Shown here in pieces: positions 36,465-38,607 of a DNA stretch of 38,607 bases. The translations under genes were made by a program, and so were the position numbers. The stretch's first letter is position 1; every line of letters starts with the position of its first letter. The stretch covers positions 1 through 38,607 of the forward strand of contig JAMPYD010000002.1 of NCBI GenBank assembly GCA_023700845.1. The letters are read 5' to 3'. Under the pieces are notes generated by a model. It ran no database searches. It worked only from the letters and a program-made list of their open reading frames with translations, and had not been told where the DNA came from. Source of the stretch: Elusimicrobiota bacterium. Its GTDB lineage: Bacteria > Elusimicrobiota > Elusimicrobia > UBA1565 > UBA9628.

Positions 36465-37052
36465 TTACTCCTTCGGGGGATGGGCCTGGAGCCAGGCGCG
36501 TTGGACGGCCCAGGCGGTGACGGCGGCGAGAAGAGCGAGCGCGGCGTGCTTCGGCGGCAGCGGCAGCGAGAAGGCCTGCGCGGCGGCGAGCGCGAGGACC
36601 CCGAGCTGGACCTGCGCCGCCCCGGCGAAGGCGACGAAGGAGTCCTCGTCGGACGCGGCCATCAGCGCCAAGGGGAGCACGGTCACGCAGTAGGCCCAAA
36701 GAAGCCTCAGGAGGAAGGGGAGATGCTCGCGCTCGAGCACGGGCGAGGAGGCGGCCCAGGTCCAGGCGCACAGCGCGCCGGCCGTGAACGCGGCGGCGCC
36801 GAACGCGTACAGGCGGCCGTGGCGGCGGGCGAGCAGGTGGCCGGGAAGCAGGATCATCTGCAGGACGAGCGGCATCAGCGCGGCGCCGATGATGCCGGCC
36901 GCGAGGAGCTTGAGCTCGTCGGCGACGACGAGCCAGACCGCGGTCGGCAAGGTCAGCCACGAGGAGAGGTAGAGGGCGATCCGGCCGCGCTCGGCGGCGC
37001 GCTTCCACTCCGGAGGAACGCGCAGGAAGGACAGCGGCAATTTCGCGGTCAT
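36465..37052 (-). CDS. Small integral membrane protein, unknown family
   Basis: Trimmed to ATG 37052 (MTAKLPLSFLRVPPEWKR...), 195 aa with about 5-6 TM helices. ATGA overlap with the upstream gene. Confidence 0.55.
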   Translation of the reverse strand: MTAKLPLSFLRVPPEWKRAAERGRIALYLSSWLTLPTAVWLVVADELKLLAAGIIGAALMPLVLQMILLPGHLLARRHGRLYAFGAAAFTAGALCAWTWAASSPVLEREHLPFLLRLLWAYCVTVLPLALMAASDEDSFVAFAGAAQVQLGVLALAAAQAFSLPLPPKHAALALLAAVTAWAVQRAWLQAHPPKE

Positions 37053-37804
37053 TTGGCCGGCTCCCGCCCGTGAAACAGCAGCGCGGCGCTGCGGGCGTCG
37101 GCGGCCTCGCTCATGACCTCTTTGAAGGCGCGGACCTTCTCGTCGGCCGCGCCGTAGCGGAACGCGACGCAGGGAATCCCGGCGGCCGTCATCACCGCGT
37201 CCACGCTCCGCGCGTGATGGGGCTTGTCGTCGACGAAGACGACGCGCGTGGGGCGCAGGGCGATCTTGTCCAGGAAGGACAGCAGGGCCTCGCCCTTGTC
37301 GGGGCCGTCCCCGACGAAGAACACCCCGCGGCTGTAAAGGCCTTTCGGGCCGGCGGGCATGTCCTCCTTGGCGACGGCGCTCGCCGCCAGGTCCAGGCCG
37401 ATCGCCTTGAGCTGCCCGAAGGTGGCCGGCGCGTCCTCGGGGCCGCGCGCCGTCAGCACCAGGATCTTGAGCCCGCGCTTCTGCTGCTCGCGCACGAGGA
37501 TCGGCGTCAGGTCCTCGACGGGCTTCACCTTGACCGAGCCGAGCATGCGGGTCCAGAGCGCGCCGGCCTGCGCCTCGGCGGCGGCCTCGTCGAGCCCGTC
37601 GCGCCGCAGCGCCTTGACGATGTAGTCGTACCACTGGTCCGAGCCGATGTTGCCGGACGGCTCGACGAGCGTGTTGTCGAGGTCGAACACGAGCAAGGTC
37701 GTCGGGCGGATCTCGGGGAGGATCTCCGACATCGACTTGATCTCGCGCACCTCCGCGCGGGCGCCGAGGGCCGGCAGGAGGAGGGCGAGCGCGAGGACGA
37801 TCAT
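37049..37804 (-). CDS. Secreted HAD-superfamily hydrolase-like protein
   Basis: Trimmed to ATG 37804 (MIVLALALLLPALGARAEV...), 251 aa. HAD motif I LVFDLDNTLV, motif II-like ILVLTAR, motif III/IV region FFVGDGPDKG...VVFVDD. ATGA overlap with the upstream gene. Confidence 0.7.
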   Translation of the reverse strand: MIVLALALLLPALGARAEVREIKSMSEILPEIRPTTLLVFDLDNTLVEPSGNIGSDQWYDYIVKALRRDGLDEAAAEAQAGALWTRMLGSVKVKPVEDLTPILVREQQKRGLKILVLTARGPEDAPATFGQLKAIGLDLAASAVAKEDMPAGPKGLYSRGVFFVGDGPDKGEALLSFLDKIALRPTRVVFVDDKPHHARSVDAVMTAAGIPCVAFRYGAADEKVRAFKEVMSEAADARSAALLFHGREPAK

Positions 37805-38538
37805 TTGATGTGGAGCCGCTTCGGATCGAGCTTGGTCCGAAGCAGGTCGATTTCCTTGAGGGACGGGAGGGCGACCTCGGCGAGGCGGGGCGCCTTCTTG
37901 AGGGCCCAGCCGACGTTCTCCTGGACCTTCTCGAAGGTCACGCCGGGGTAGAGGGCGGTCAAGGTCAGCTCCCCGGTCTCGTCGGGCTCGAGGATGCCCA
38001 TATTGGTGATGACCTTCTTCACCCGCTTGCCGTTGGAGGTGATGAAGTCCACCTTGTCGGGGAAGGCGCGCTTGTCGAGCTTGGTCACGATCAGCACGCG
38101 CTGGGCGTGCTGGGCGATCTCGCACGCGCCGCCGGAGCCGGGCAGGCGCACCTTCGGGGAGGCGTAGGGGCCCACGGCCGTCGTGTTGATGTTGCCGCGC
38201 TTGTCGACCTGCGCCCCGCCGAGGAAGCCGATCTGGATCTTGCCGTTCTGCAGGAAGCTCTGAAAAATATCGGACATCGAGGTGACCATCAGCGAGCCGG
38301 TGACGAGCGCGGGGTCCCCGATCGAGGGGGGCACGCGGTCGGGCACGGCGCCGACGGCGCCCGACTCGTAGATCAAGGTCATGTTCGGGGCGTGCGTGGC
38401 GCGGGCGAGGTTGCAGGCCAGGTTCGGCAGGCCGATGCCCACGAACACCACGTCTCCGTCGCCGATCTCGCGCGCGGCCAGCACGCACATGAGCTCGTTG
38501 AGGGTGTAATCGGTCGAGGCGTCGGTGGCGGCGGTCAT
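37801..38538 (-). CDS. CoA-transferase subunit B (3-oxoacid/glutaconate CoA-transferase beta family)
   Basis: 245 aa. VFVGIGLPN, LIYESGAVG, GFLGGAQVDKRGNINTT, LPGSGGACEIA. Confidence 0.88.
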   Translation of the reverse strand: MTAATDASTDYTLNELMCVLAAREIGDGDVVFVGIGLPNLACNLARATHAPNMTLIYESGAVGAVPDRVPPSIGDPALVTGSLMVTSMSDIFQSFLQNGKIQIGFLGGAQVDKRGNINTTAVGPYASPKVRLPGSGGACEIAQHAQRVLIVTKLDKRAFPDKVDFITSNGKRVKKVITNMGILEPDETGELTLTALYPGVTFEKVQENVGWALKKAPRLAEVALPSLKEIDLLRTKLDPKRLHIK

Positions 38539-38544
38539 GCCGGC

Positions 38545-38550
38545 ATTTTA
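38545..38550 (-). promoter_or_regulatory. -10 TAAAAT, 6 nt upstream of ATG 38538 (CoA-transferase B)
   Basis: Minus strand reads TAAAAT-gccggc-ATG. Confidence 0.45.
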
Positions 38551-38563
38551 GCGTTTTTACTAC

Positions 38564-38597
38564 TGATAATCACTAGTTCCGGGACGAGTGATTATCA
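38564..38597. promoter_or_regulatory. Perfect inverted repeat TGATAATCACT-N12-AGTGATTATCA (candidate operator)
   Basis: Arms at 38564-38574 and 38587-38597 are exact reverse complements. AT-rich in a GC-rich genome. The promoter-proximal arm covers the expected -35 position (about 38568-38573) relative to the -10 at 38545-38550. Confidence 0.45.
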
Positions 38598-38607
38598 ATA
38601 GCGAGGC

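Overview
High-GC (by eye roughly 65-70 %) chromosomal segment from a diderm bacterium. It holds about 37 tightly packed protein-coding genes, and I saw no rRNA, tRNA or CRISPR array. Left to right: (1) a polar-amino-acid ABC importer (fused SBP-permease plus ATPase); (2) an envelope hypothetical; (3) a five-gene, translationally coupled OMF / adaptor / MacB-type ABC exporter operon with a separate ATPase and two paralogous permeases; (4) a polytopic membrane protein and a periplasmic caspase-like (C14) lipoprotein; (5) an rmlC-unknown-OMF-RND operon with no adaptor gene; (6) a dense two-component cluster (3 kinases, 5 receiver domains, one TPR lipoprotein); (7) a small OMP-like protein; (8) a KamA-family radical-SAM aminomutase; (9) a visibly lower-GC patch with an IS200/RAYT-type Y1 transposase and bdhA, bracketed by near-perfect 34-bp inverted repeats; (10) two coupled alpha/beta hydrolases; (11) hbd plus an acyl-CoA dehydrogenase; (12) a long minus-strand operon (CoA-transferase B, HAD-like protein, membrane protein, ettA, PMT-like GT-C glycosyltransferase). 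The observations I rate highest are: (a) the repeat-bounded transposase+bdhA unit, whose repeat ends sit directly upstream of the -10 boxes of kamA and bdhA; (b) a consistent TAnnnT-N5-7-start-codon geometry at almost every operon-leading gene, implying leaderless mRNAs; (c) an RND/OMF operon with an uncharacterised soluble protein where the adaptor gene would be expected; (d) a hairpin-less adaptor in the ABC exporter operon; (e) an AT-rich perfect palindrome over the -35 region of the last operon. Many long ORFs in the track are GC-driven shadow frames and were rejected. All family assignments come from reading motifs by eye; no database search was possible.
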